In this document: positions 27,284-41,631 of the stretch, one piece after another
Layout of the letters: each line of letters starts with the position of its first letter
Numbering within the stretch: position 1 is the first letter of the stretch
DNA from: Bugula neritina
Taxonomy: Eukaryota > Animalia > Bryozoa
Direction of reading: 5' to 3'
Length of the DNA stretch: 64,000 nucleotides
Assembly: GCA_964035545.1 (NCBI GenBank)
Contig: OZ037767.1
Coordinates: 15,442,998 to 15,506,997, forward strand
The notes under the pieces: model-generated
The model's database searches: none
What the model was told of the DNA's origin: nothing
Seen by the model: only the letters and a program-made list of their open reading frames with translations
Position numbers and translations under genes: made by a program

Positions 27284-30200
27284 CTAAACAAGCACATAGC
27301 AAGTAGAACTTGAAGAATGTTCAAACATAACTGAAACCTCATTGTGAATAAAACATTTAGCTGTAGAGGATATTGAAAATGCTGCACAATTTTGATATTG
27401 CACACTGCAGGCGTAGGCACATGATTCTATTGAGAGCTGTTTGAAAACCCCAACAGATTTACTGCTGCACATGCGATCAGTTAACGTTGAGAATCTTTTA
27501 TGCTTTGGATGACTCATGTAGTAAAAAGTTTGAGAAGTTTTGCTGTAGACAATGAAATTATTCTCAGATGATGTGGCGGATATGAGGTCAAGGTCAGTGT
27601 TCAGACCAGTCACCACAACATCTACTAATCCAACATGGCCGCTACTCACTTTAAATCTCTTTAGTTTTCCTTTGTTTACAAACAGCTGTTGTCCATCCAC
27701 AACAATAGGTATGCAATTGTTGCTGCACTCAAAGCTGACAGTGTTGGTGTTTTTGTGAACTAGAGATTTAGCTTCACAGGTTTTAATTTCACTTGTAAGT
27801 GAAACAACTCCAAATGATTGAACTGTTAGATAATAAAAGTTGTTGGAAAAACTAGTTACAAAACCAAACTGAAGACCGTAGTAGCCATGTATGATAAAAT
27901 ATGAGGGATAGATGCTTAAAATTACGGAGTAGACATTATTGTTTTTCACACAATTTATGATTAGCCATGTGACGTCTGCAAAGTATAAAATTGCCAGGTG
28001 AGTTGGTGAATCAAGTCTAATATCAGAGATTCGAGAGTATGTTTGATATGCAGTTAGAGTACCTGCTTCACCGCATTGACCAATCATAGCATAGTTTACA
28101 TTTAGTAGGTCATCAAAATTTACTGCTTTTATACAGTGCTCTGATTGGTCGGCTACAAAAATAAACTGTTTCTTTTGAGATTCTAAAAGGCTGAGTTTTG
28201 AGAGATTGGCAAAAATATTATGACTAATTAAGGTGAATGTGTAGGGATTTTGCAAACAAGCACAACCTTGTAGCTGCACACCAGCTATTACTGTACAGTC
28301 TCCATGATGATTGATCTCTACAAGTTGTTTTGATGTAGCTGCTATTATTTTAGAAGAATCAGTTGGATGTTCAATAAAGGATATGATGTCATCAGTCATT
28401 TTCTTGACCTCAATGTGACTAGTGGCCTGGTAAGGAGTGCTGATTGGACCATCTGCTGAATCAATTATTAACCTTTGACCTACAAATAGGTACACATTGT
28501 TTAAAACTCAGGTGGGTTTTATATATCTGAAAAAACTACTGATGGAAAGGCTTTTTAAACGGACTAAAGATTTGCTTTTTATTAGGGCACAAGGGCAATT
28601 ATGACTAACATTACCAATACGGCATTTATAACAGAAAATTGCTGTTTAACCCATATATATAGTAATATATTCAACAATTTTAGCAATTTATGAAACTGTT
28701 CATGTAAAAACCAAATTTATACATTTTATCCTGCAGTATTGCTGTAATTTTTCGTAAGTTTTGTTAGTTTGCTGAAACTTCATCTTTTTGTATATCTATA
28801 TAATACTTTAAACGAACATTACATATAACTTGAATATTGATTAGCGCTATACACGAATTAGCTTAGGACTTGTTTGACAAAGATCAAATTCAATAATTAA
28901 ATTGTAATTATGTGTTAAATATTGTACTATGATATGTTCAAATTTGTTTTATTATTTTAAAACTTGTTTGATTTCATGCAAGTCCAACATTTTGGCCTAT
29001 AATGTAAACGAACAATATTTATCATATCTACAAATCGCTTAATGCAGTAATTACATTCTTAGCAAAATTGCAACTTTCGAACATGAGAACATGTGTTTAT
29101 TTGATTTTTAAAAAACCATAACAATAAACATTTCCTCAATATCATATTTACAATATAGAATATTTTATTTAAATTGCGATACCTTATATATGGACTGCGG
29201 TAAGCATTATATGAATTAAGTTGTATTTATACCTCAACTGATCCTATATTACCTACAATAGGCCTATAGTAAGCTGGTCCTATATTACTTATAGTCCTAT
29301 ATTACTTATAGTCCTACATTACTAGTCCTATATAATATAATAAACTGGGCCTATATAATACTAGTCCTACAGTGTTGGGGCTACAATACTGGTCTTATAA
29401 TAAGCTGGTCCCATAGTATTGGTTCTATTAAACTGGCTCCCTAACATTGGTCCTATCACTCACAATATATCTATAAAAATAATTGATTTATATATATTAT
29501 ATATAGCTGAATAATCAGTATATCATAGTTTATTATACATAGAAACAATAACAATTAATTTGAAAGACAACTGTTTATAAACCAATCACATTACCTGGGA
29601 AAGTCTTGTAGACACTGTTCCTCCATGTTCCACCACACATTTGACTACTGTTCCCTCTGCATGCTCTACGACACTCAGTTTCCTCTGCTTCACCATGTTT
29701 GTTGTATGCAACACCACAGTAACACTGGTTAGTAGGTTGTACTCCTGCATATGGCTGCCCTGGAATTAGTAAATTACTGATCGATCTTTATAAATATAAC
29801 AACACGATAAATCACAAAACAAAAATTTTTTATAGTTCAGCTACAATTGGCAGATTCAAACTTATATATGCCTTTGTCGTGCTAAAATGGAAAAATACTG
29901 AAATCAATGAAAATTACAAATAAACGTTTTCAAAGAATCAAATAATTATCAGGTATAGTAGGTTCTTACACAATATTTTTGGTATACTGCAGTTATTTTT
30001 GGAAACATTTATAAAAAGATTTACCTTGTATAGTGCAGTAGCCAATACAAAGCTCTACGGTCATCAAACGAGCTGAAAATGCTATGGGTAACGCTCTGTT
30101 CCTAGAGTCCTTGTAACAACCAATCAGCTGGTTGAGAGTGTAGACCAGACGCCAACACAGCCAGAGTTGCAGCAGCACTTAAATTATACAACTAAATTAG

Positions 30201-30492
30201 TCAATATTTTATAAGAAAAGTTTGAACTAACAGATGCAAGTATTTAAAAAAAAACTTTAGAACAAAAAATTTGAATAGATAAAATTAAAGCAAAATATAA
30301 TTAAGGCATAAAAGTGCAAGTTGAAACACATTTTTTTAGTTTAGATATAAAAAAAACAGTTATAATAAACTACATTGAAATTGACTTATTGAATTTTTTT
30401 TAAGTTAATAAACATGTTTTTCATATTTTAGATCTTACGAAGCTAACTGAAGCAAAGCATATCTTACCAAGCCTTAGCTGGCAATATTTCAT
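27284..30492 (-). CDS. Gene A2: secreted WSC / NHL-like / PAN-Apple protein, ~512 aa, intact; exons 30492-30468, 30177-30025, 29759-29595, 28479-27284
   Basis: MKYCQLRL|VLLQLWLCWRLVYTLNQLIGCYKD... with phase-1 GT-AG introns. Spliced 1539 nt is open; FIFVADQSEHCI motif; PAN Cys pattern at the C-terminus. The short first exon is the least certain part. Confidence 0.85.
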
Positions 30493-32054
30493 TATTACTA
30501 TGTCTAGCCAATTCAACCTTTAACCATGCAGTAAATTGGCTTTGAGTTTGTAATAACTTTTATTTCTAGATTAGAGACTTATTTTGGAATGCAAAATACT
30601 TTAATTAGTTTGCACATATGTAAGATACACAACTTGGTTTGCCTGTGCAATTGTAACACTACTCCAACCTTATCCTAAAAGGCCTAGACTATATATTTAT
30701 TTTATGAATTTATTTTCAAATATAAGGATACAACTTGTTTGGAAAAATAGATCATGTTGTTAATGAATCGCAAAGTAAATGGGGAAATCTAATTGATTAC
30801 AAATCGCAAACATCCCACATCCTATATATATACTGCACACTTTAAGCCGCACAATTATAAATTGTATAATTAGTTTTAATTTTACTTTAGGTAATATTTT
30901 AAACAATTTTTTGTAGCAAAATAATTTCTCATAGACATTTTCTTGAATTAATTTTCGTTGACATGTGTTATAATGAATGATATATTTTGATGTTTACTTT
31001 ATGTAACATTTTAACAACTCATATACTAGTATTTGTTTATTATAGATATGTCTATAATTTAGAATGAAATGAGATAAATTGTGCTACATTGTATGGGTAT
31101 GCTGCTTTAAGATGGCAATTTTATATTTTTGCTATAGGTGGTGCTTATAAGCAAAACATATTATTATGATTATCAATATAATTATTATTATAATGGTGTT
31201 ATAACATTGACATATGTAAAATAATATAAATATTGATTTTTACATTATTTTAGGTTAATGTTGAAACAAAGATTACGTAGAGATATTACTTTTATAGTTG
31301 TTTTTCATTACTTGGTGTATCTATTATGACAACATGCATTGAAATTATTCGCCCACTCTCAGTTACACAACAACTTTATTATAACATCAGGAGAATCACA
31401 ATGAAACATGATACCAACATTCTATCTTCCATTAGCATGAAATATTTGACAAAGTTAAACATTATCAGACATTCAAATGTTTACTGTCACTATTAGCATG
31501 AATATAGATTTTTCATACTTTTTATGACACTAATAGCATGAATTATCTTTGTATTCTGTTTATTTATTATAAATAATACATATACTTTACCAGTTTTCTA
31601 TATCCGACGATCTTGCTGCTATAACACACTTTACGTTACTTAATAATTGCAAAGTAAATATCATAAGTACATCTCTGAAGTTGCAGACACTTTGAACTGT
31701 AAGAACAAAGTTTTTAACAAGGGAATAATAAGGAAAAATCTATAAATGAAAGTTTTTGTTGTATGTGGGCATTGTTATAGGCTCTTTCAATAAGTTCACT
31801 TCGTAGATGCTACAACAGTAAGTTACTAACAAACTTTATTAATTTTATAGTGAAATATCATTTTCTTAAATTACATAATTCAGCAGTTTTACTTTTTATG
31901 TGGTATATAGCTGATTAAAGCACTATATAGAGCTGAGAAGCTCTGAACTTTAGTGAAATTTCTATTTCATTATCAGAAGTGGTTGGTGCGTGTATATTAG
32001 TAAATGACTGTACTGTATTCTATGTGTGCATATAACTCTTGAAAAGACTCTAAA

Positions 32055-32138
<84 letters not shown>

Positions 32139-32142
<4 letters not shown>

Positions 32143-32387
32143 GTACTGATACAATTTTGGATATAAAAATAAACTTGGATCTTCATTTTAGCGACTACAA
32201 TATTGTTTCACGCAGTGCAAGCTACGATCATCAGGTCGTTGTGTGTACGGTTGAGTGCTTTTGTTTTGAAATTACTCAAGCGTACACACAACGACCTGAT
32301 GATCGTAGCTCGCACTACGTGAAACAATATTGTAGTCAATAGAATGAAGATCTAAGTTTATTTTTATATCCGAAATTGTATTAGTAC

Positions 32388-32391
<4 letters not shown>
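32139..32391. mobile_element. Palindromic MITE in (TA)n, duplicate of 9377-9629
   Basis: Same sequence; only the flanking TA tract lengths differ. Confidence 0.85.
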
Positions 32392-32442
<51 letters not shown>

Positions 32443-32587
32443 ATATATATAGATATATAGATATATAGATATATATGATAAAGTAAAATATGCCATCACA
32501 CCACTTTCTCTAAATAGATATCATATATATAACACTATATACAGTCACATGTTAAGTAAACAAAGAATGTGTTATATCAGAGTAGAG

Positions 32588-35284
32588 ATGAAGAATATTC
32601 TAGAAGTATACGCTCTGATTCTCCTTATACATGTGACTACTTCAGAATACATGGGGTGTTATAAAGATGAAATAGAGAGAGCAAATTGCCTTTAGTCGGG
32701 GAAATTACTAACATGGCAATATACTTTTGTATAGGCTACTGCATCTATAGAGGTAAAGATAATACGACGTAAATCTGTTTTTCTATTTAATATATTATGC
32801 CATAATTATATAAACTTTATTAGATATGTGATGTATTGAAATTGTGATTCTTTTACATCAATTATATGACTATTATTATCTTTTTCTCAAACATAATATA
32901 AGCATATTATAATAATATTATATTATATTCTTATACAGCAATTATATTTTTATTATGTTGTTCTCATCCAGTTATATAATACTTATGGCATCTTGATATT
33001 TAATTATTCTTGTACAGCAACTATATAAACATTATATAATTCTTGTATAGTAATTATAAAAATGTTTCATTATTATTGTATATTAGATATATAAACATTA
33101 TATCATTATTCTATTGTAATTATATAAATGTTATCTGTATATTTTAGGCCAGATGTATGCTGGTTTGCAGGATGGCAGACAATGATTCTGTGGTACAACC
33201 TTTGACCTCTATGGAGCTCTAGACAAATCAAGTTGTAGCAGTAGATGCACGGGAAATGCGAGTCAGATATGTGGGGGAAGCTGGGCAAACAGTGTATACA
33301 GAGCACTGTCAGGTAAGATGAGACATTTTTAGATAAAATGAGAAAAGTCCTTTAGGTAATACATGAAATTGGAGTTTTTTAATCTTCACAATACTTATCA
33401 AATTTTATTTAACCAAATATTTACTTTTACAGACGATTGTTATTCTAAAAAATTGGCTGATAGCGAAATAGTTTTTAAAGGAATATTAAAATAATTAAAC
33501 TCAATTAAGAAAGTTTGAATGATTTGACCTTAATACTTCTGACAAAAAGTATTATTACCATGAATTTTTAATTATTAACAACTAATAATTTGTTTAATCT
33601 ATAGCTACATTGTTTAGTTTATTTCCACACTCTTGTAAGTAACAGTATATGGTATAGAACAGTATATAACATGTTTTTTGTTGACTCGGGTAAAATTTTT
33701 GTAACTTTATGATAAACTATAATAACTTAGCTCTTTTTGATATGCTAAATAAATGTACATATCTTTATTATGTTAAAGCTTGCTAACCTAAATAATTATG
33801 TATATTTTAAGATATATGTAATACATATTTATTTATTTAGTAATATTTACTTCTGTGTTTTTATGAGTTTCTAGAATCATAGTTTTATTGTTACATTATT
33901 TATTATTATACCATTTTTAGAAAATGTCAAAACACGAAAAAACAAACCCGCAAACTTAGTCCACATCAGAAATATTGAAGTTAGAGAAATAAGTGAGGAA
34001 ATCATATCCTTTATCGAACATCCGGCTGATTCTACTAAAATAATAGCAGCTACATCAAAACAACTTGTAGAGATCAATCATCATGGAGAGTGTATAGCAG
34101 TAGCGGGTGTGCAGCTACAAAGTTGTGCCTATCGATCAAATGAATTTTCTTTTTCCTCAATCGATCATTTCATTTATGCCCAGTTCACCAAACTGCAAGT
34201 ATCTCACAGTCTTTTCAACAAATCAGCCATTTTGGTTGCTGATGCAGGTAATCACTGCGTAAAGTTTCTCATTCTAAAAAATTTATCATCTTTTGAGTTT
34301 GACAATTCAATAAATGACTACCATGTTGGTAAGTGTGGATCTTTTAAAAAAGAACTTTTGACTGAAAATATTCAAAATTTAATTGATCCTAAAGAAATGG
34401 AGCTAAATAGCCCAAAACATCTTTCTCTGTACCATGACTCTGAGACTATCAGACTGGTTGTTAACTGTGTACTAACAGAAGTATACTCTGTTATTGTTAG
34501 TATCTATCCAACTCACACTGTGGCATATGAGTACAGTGGACACCCTGGGTATGTTACTGATGTTTCTGAAAATCTCTATTGGCCATTATTTCGATCAAAA
34601 GGATTGAAAAGTCTTTCAACTGATAACAGCACATTAATAAACCAAATCCTTGTCATTAATGGGAGTTACTCAACTACTGCAAATTATTATTGCGATTCCA
34701 GGAACAGTTCTGCTATTCCCAGACTGTTTCAAAGTTGGCCTCTAATAATTGCAAATGGTGAATTGAAATCCCTGGTTTATAATTTGACAAGCAGTGAAAT
34801 CAAACTAACTAACATAAATATTGCTAATCTTTCTACAAAAACACCCCCTGAGTTTAACCTGTTCACTACAACAAAGGAATCCGATCACATTATTCTCTAC
34901 AGTCAAAGCCTAAAGAAATTTTATTATGCAAAGGCATTTTCTCGCTATCAGAAAATTCTGGAAAGGTTCTGTAGTAAATATGTTATAGAAAAAGCAATTG
35001 TGGGTGGACCTGAAAGTTGTGCTTACATCTGTAGTAAATATGGTTTGTTTGTTTGTTTTTTATTTTGTCATAGTCGGGAAAAAATTAATTGAGAAAAAAA
35101 TAAACAAAATGACAGGGCCTATGGCGCAATAGCACTGTAGCTAGTCGGGGCACCGAGCCATGGTAGTCAGTGTGTTGCTTTTTCTGTTAATGATTATGAT
35201 AATTCTTGCTACATTCATGACCACTTTGACTTGGCCGAGGCCTACATATCTAATGACTCAGCTTGTTATTTATCTATATCATAA
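32588..35284 (+). pseudogene. Gene B2: same lesions as B1 plus an insertion in the PAN domain; exons 32588-32752, 33148-33312, 33921-35284
   Basis: Same +2 shift and TGA as B1. A 120-bp insertion at 35045 truncates the ORF (..CSKYGLFVCFLFCHSREKIN*). Confidence 0.88.
35045..35159 (-). mobile_element. 115-bp non-LTR retroelement 3' fragment / SINE with 5-bp TSD (ATGGT)
   Basis: Absent in B1. Flanked by ATGGT at 35040-35044 and 35160-35164. The minus strand ends AATAAAAAACAAACAAACAA (simple-repeat tail). Confidence 0.8.
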
Positions 35285-35445
35285 TTATAACATATAATTG
35301 CATAGTTGAACACCACTTTCTGATGACAACATTAATGATGCTTTACTCTAACTTATGTTAATTTTTAATAATCATAATTATATTATTTTCATTCACTTAA
35401 ATATTTTATGGCAATGATACACAGTGGTTTTTAAAAATTATATGT

Positions 35446-35563
<118 letters not shown>

Positions 35564-35984
35564 TACTATATATACAGAGTCTGTACTATATATTACAGAC
35601 GGTAGATTGCTATATTATATTTGTGTATCAACAAATCAATAAAATAAAAATCGAAGATATTGTTTATTTGAAGCTTTTTTGGAAATTTATTATAAATATT
35701 TGTAGGTTGTGTAATTACTGATTAATAAATAATATTTATAACAGATGGTTTCATTATAATTTTTAGATGACATTGTTTTAAAGAACATAATATGTATTAA
35801 TTCAATCAAATTTATTTGACCCACAAGAAAATGCAGCACAATTATTTGTGAATTAAAAACTTCTTATTAAATAAAGATTGAGTAATAACCAATTCAGTAT
35901 ATTTTAACTATTGATATACTTATATAAGAGAGTAAGTTAAACAGAAATGTTCATCTTTGCACAGATACTTGCAAGAATATCTAT

Positions 35985-36360
35985 AGTGTATATAGAACTT
36001 TATAGATATAGAAAAGTTATAGATATAGAATAGTTATAAGTATAGAATAGTTATAGATATAGAATAGTTATAATTATAGAATAGTTATAGATATAGAATA
36101 AGTATAAATATTAAATAGTTATAAATATAGAATAGTTATACATTAGATATAAAATAGTTATAGATATAAAATAGTTATAGATATAGAATAAGTATAAATA
36201 TTAAATAGTTATAAATATAGAATAGTTATAGATATAAAATAGTTATAGATATAGAATAGTTATAAATATATAGAATAGTTATAAATATAGAATAGTTATA
36301 GATATAGAATAGTTATAATTATAGAATAGTTATAGATATAGAACAGTTATAAATATAGAA
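35985..36360. repeat. 16-bp minisatellite, duplicate of 13100-13478
   Basis: Directly visible tandem units. Confidence 0.9.
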
Positions 36361-38651
36361 GTGCTGCAGTCAATAATTTAAACAACTTTACAAACACATT
36401 ATTATATATATACATAAACATTCACCAGATATATTTAATAATTTATGATGCACATGGTCAAACATGCAATTAATATTACTAATATTTGCTTATAAATACA
36501 GTCATACTAATATTGTTTAAATGACTGCATTTGTTGAAAAGAATGGTAATAACAGTTTTAAAAGACAATTAAAATTTTTTACTGGGTTATGTAATATAAT
36601 TTGTTTAACTGTTTCTTTTAATTACCAAATATCTAAAATAATATTTTAATGAACACAAAGTTATTCACTGTTTTTCCACTCTTTTTAAATCTGTAAAACA
36701 AAAATTTTTAGATTTAATAACTAAATAATAAACAGTGTCTGTTTATTTTTTTAAAAATAGACAGTGTTTATTTTAATCCTTCTTAAGAAACTTAATTAGG
36801 TAAAAAGTAAATTATTAAAAATTGAAAAATAATTGCCAAATCCAAGATACATCAATTCAATATTACATTTAAATTTATAAGACAAATGACTTTTTGTTTT
36901 TGATAATAGATTTTTGTGTTTCATTATACAAGCTCTTTTGTAAAAAATGTTCTTATAATTATTAATATATTTTAAGAAATGATTACAGTTTCAAAAGTGG
37001 TCAAATTACTGCAGCTGTTTGGCTTCAGTGAAACGACTCTTGTTGCTTAAAGCTAATGGGCTTTGAAATTATGTTTGTTATAGAAGGATTATTAATGTAA
37101 ATATCTAAAGAAGCTTATAGACTAAGACTTAGTGCCTTGTAATTAAATATTATTTTACAGATATCCTATAAACACTGACATATAACTCACAACAAAAAAG
37201 GTATTCTTTCATGTTTGAATATTGGAACTCAAAATTATTGATTAATTTTTAATTTTTAATATATAAACAAAACATGGAAGTTTACTATATACATTTAAAA
37301 ACTTTAAGCTACGAAGCAACACTAAGTACAACAATTTCAGACCAGCTATAGAGATCAAATCTTGAAGAATAAAATCCAATCTTGTCAAGATACTGAAATC
37401 AGGTATTATGAGAATTAAATATATATACCTACATTTAACTTTCTATGTTTCACCTTTTACATGCAGTTTATGCTTTATGATTTATAAATTTTACACTCTA
37501 TCCTTTATATTCTGTTTTCATATTGCATATTTAATATTTTATGCTCTAAGTTTCACCTTCCAGGTGTGACATTCTACATTTTAAGTTCTACATTTTGTAT
37601 TCTAAATACCGTATCATATTAGAGGTAATGTCTTATACATTTTAGTAAAATGATCATAATATCACAGCCTTGCACTTGAAGTATAAATTTTATAAGAATA
37701 TAAGATGTTATAAAATTAGTTGGTGATAAAGTTTGAAAATGCACAATAGCATGAAGTTATTAATTATTCTAGTATTGATGAGCCATGAGTTTATTTTACA
37801 AGTTGTTTTTATTATGAGCTGATACATTTTCTATAAGCTGTAAAAGTGTTAGGATTGTTAGAATAACAAAAAAATAGTTTTTTCCTCTAAATGTTAAAAC
37901 GAGACCTTGAAATTATTAATTTAAAGTGTTTTAGGAGTTTATTTAAACTTAATATATAGTTTTATAAAATAGGTTTAATAGTTATTATGTTTAACTTGAA
38001 AAACAAAAAAACTCTTATTTAATAATAAATTTCAAAATGTTGAGATATTATTCTTTACTAAAATGCCTATATTGTATAAGGTAATAACATTTTGCAAATT
38101 GTTATTAGCAGATGACAAATGAAATACCAATACGTTCTTATTCACAGTATAATGGTTCCATCCCAGCTAGATAGACACTACTTTTTATTTTGGTACCATA
38201 TAATTATATAGTAATATATACCTATATATATATAGCGATATAACTGTTTCATTGATTGCTAAATAGCTAAAATGCTAATAACTTTATTAGCTAACATGAA
38301 TTATTTGGAATATTATTCTAATTTTCACAAATTTGTGAGAGACAAAAGACAGTGTAATACAATAACAATAGACATTACATTTAATTATTGACTACCCATT
38401 CACAAAATATCTGTTCAAACAAGAAGCAAAATATATTCAAAATTAATGTTTATGCAAATCAAAGAAATTATTAATGTGCTAAATATGTGCTTTATTTAAG
38501 TATATATATATTTTTTAATAATATTAAAATAAATTGCACATAAAATATATATTGTACCAAAATAAATTAGTAGCGTCTAACTGAGAGTTGCTATATATAT
38601 CTAGGATAACACCCGAACAAACTGTTTTTATTAACAGCAGCTGTCTAGAAG

Positions 38652-41631
38652 ATGCATCAATATCTGATGTGTATAGCACTGGTTCCTATAGTTTATGGTT
38701 CAGTGTACATGGGTTGTTACAAGGACACCTCAACTAGAGCTCTACCATTGAGGTATGATTCCAATGACATGACAGTCGACCTTTGTATTGGCTACTGCAT
38801 TTACAGAGGTAAGTATTCCATTCACTTACTTAGTTGATTTTTTACAATACAGTGAAATTGCAACCTATAAAGCAGGGCTGATAAATTAGCCATCATTTTA
38901 GGAGTACGTCACAATGTCATGAAACTTCAAAGGAACTGCAATTATCCTGGAATAAGATTGCTACATACTTATACTTAAAATAATTGTGCTTGCTTTAAAG
39001 TTTAGACATTTTATCTGTGAGCTACATGCAGTTGGTATCTAGCATAGTGACCCGCAGTGGTATAGGGGTCAGAGCGTTTGCCTACAAGTAAGCACAAGGT
39101 AATGAGTTTGAGCCCCATTATAAGCCAGTAGTGATGTTAGGAAGAGCATCCAGTCATAATTGCTCCTGTGCCTCATATGAATAAGTCTTAAGCCAGCTTT
39201 AACAAAAACCCCTTCTATCAGAGATCTTCTCATAGGTATGGTGACTATAAACTTGTGTGAGTTGGTATATATTAGCATGTGTGCACATAATAATATATCC
39301 AAAAAAACTTGCATGTCGCAATATATATTGAATATCTATATAACTTTGAAATCTATAGCTAACTAGTTGTTTGATTGGCTATAAATATCATATTACAGTA
39401 AATTATTTAAAGTGAATTGATTATATCAAATTAATATGTTAGCAAGCATAAAGTCAACTAATATTAATAATCGCCTTAGTTGTAAACTGATTCAACAAAT
39501 GTAAATAAATCAATAGAGAAAGTTTATGCATACAAGCAATTAGCTGCTTGTTATATTTGTTCAGTAAGTGTAAATATTATACATGTTCAGAAACTGCTTG
39601 CTTAAATTTAGCTAATTAATAGCAAGTATAAACATTTTGTTATTTATATAAATGCTATGATATTAAGTTTGTCAGAGGAAAATTCAATTATACAATTATT
39701 ATTTGACTAGTCCTAGAAAAGTTTATGAATATTAAGATTATTTGAAGGATACTCAAATGATAGTTTATTAATCAAAGTTTTATTCACATTAACTAGAAAG
39801 CCCAGCTCTCTATCACTATATAGCCATGATATATTTGCTAAAATCTTGGGAAAAAGTAACTATGTTATAATGGCAAAATTGCTACTTATATATTTTCTAG
39901 TACATATATATGCTCATTGAACCATAATTTTTAATCAAATAAAATGTTGAAATGAATATTATTCAACCCTGCTGGTATTTCAAGGTCACCCCTACGCTGG
40001 TTTGCAGACGGATGACACTTGTTTCTGTGGAAGTGAGTACGACAAGTATGGAATCGGGGAAGAAACGAGCTGCAGAGACCCTTGTAAAGGAAATACTAGT
40101 CAGATATGTGGTGGAGGCTGGAGAAACAGTGTCTATAAAATAACTGGAAAAGGTGCGTAAAAAATGAACTCAAAATTAAAATTGAACAATTAAATTTCAA
40201 TGCAAATAAGGAAAATAAAAATATTTTTGATGCTTATTTACTATTATTTTAAAGCCTAAAAATTTGTATATTTGCACCTAAATTTTAATAAGATTTTAAT
40301 CGTAAAATATGCTTAGATTTAAAGTCACTTCAACAATGTATCAAACAGCTAAATTTTGTTCAAATTATATATACTGTATAGAAAAGAATGAATCTAGCCA
40401 AAGTGTACCAAGACCCATTCGCTATGTCGGCAAAATTGAAGTTGGAGAACTAACTGATGACATCATATCCTTTATTGAACATCCAACTGATTCTACTAAA
40501 ATAATGGCAGCTACATCAAAACAACTTGTAGAGATCAATCATCATGGAGACTGTACAGTAGTAGCTGGTGTGCAGCTGCAAGGTTGTTTGCATACGCAAA
40601 ACTCACTTTCATTTGCTTCCATCAGCCATATTGTTTATGCTCACTTCACTGATCTGAATATACATCACTTCCTGTTTAACAAGTCTGTCATCTTGGTAGC
40701 TGATGAAGGTGACCATTGCATTAAATTCTTTGAATTTCAACAGAAACCTTTGTTCTCTAATTTTCAAACCTACACAATTGGCAATTGTGGACTTCCACAA
40801 GTATCCCCTTTGTTAGCTGATAAAGTTCGACACTTTAGTGAACCTCAGGCAATCATGCTGAACACCCCAAAACATCTTTCTCTGTACCATGACTCTGAGA
40901 CTATTAGACTGGTTGTTAACTGTGTACTGACTGAAGTATACTCTGTTATTGTTAGTATCTATCCAACTCACACTGTAGCATATGAGTACAGTGGACACCC
41001 TGGGTACGTTATTACCAACATGTTAAATCATTTTGATTTTCCAATGATGAAATCACAGGGATTTAGCAGTGTGGAAAACAAAAGTGATTTAGCAAAGGTT
41101 GATTTGCATATTGAGGATAATCTTGGCAAAATAATCGGGGTTTATTTTTATTTTTGTGAGTCAACTATTAGTTCAGAAGTTCCCAGACTGTTAGTTGATT
41201 TGCCAACAATATTAATGAGTGGTAAAATTCAGTATTTGATTTACAATCATACTAGTCAGGAGCTGTTCATACGGAATTTACAAATTTTACATCTTCCTCT
41301 GGAAGCAGAGTCTAAACTGAGTCAGTATAATGTAGTACGTGATTCTCTCATACTCTACAGTCAAAGCCTGAAAACATTTTATTTCACAAAGAAATATTCT
41401 CAATATCAGAGAGTTAGTGAGAGTCAGTGTAGTCAGTCTATTATACAAAAGTTACAGGTGAATGGAGCTGAATCTTGTGCTTATGTCTGCTTTAAATATG
41501 GCGACCTTTGTGTTTACTTTTCATTTAATAGTGTAGACAACTTCTGTTATATTCATAATGAGGTCAGCAATACTAGTATCATTACTACTCCAGGTTTCTA
41601 CTGTTACACATCTTTAAATTATATATTTTAA
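38652..41631 (+). CDS. Gene C2: secreted WSC / NHL-like / PAN-Apple protein, ~524 aa, intact; exons 38652-38808, 39985-40152, 40382-41631
   Basis: Matches C1 except one K>T change and a divergent patch at 41001-41330. Spliced 1575 nt is open. Confidence 0.88.
39049..39252 (+). mobile_element. Duplicate of the putative SINE in gene C intron 1
   Basis: Same sequence as 16167-16370. Confidence 0.4.
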
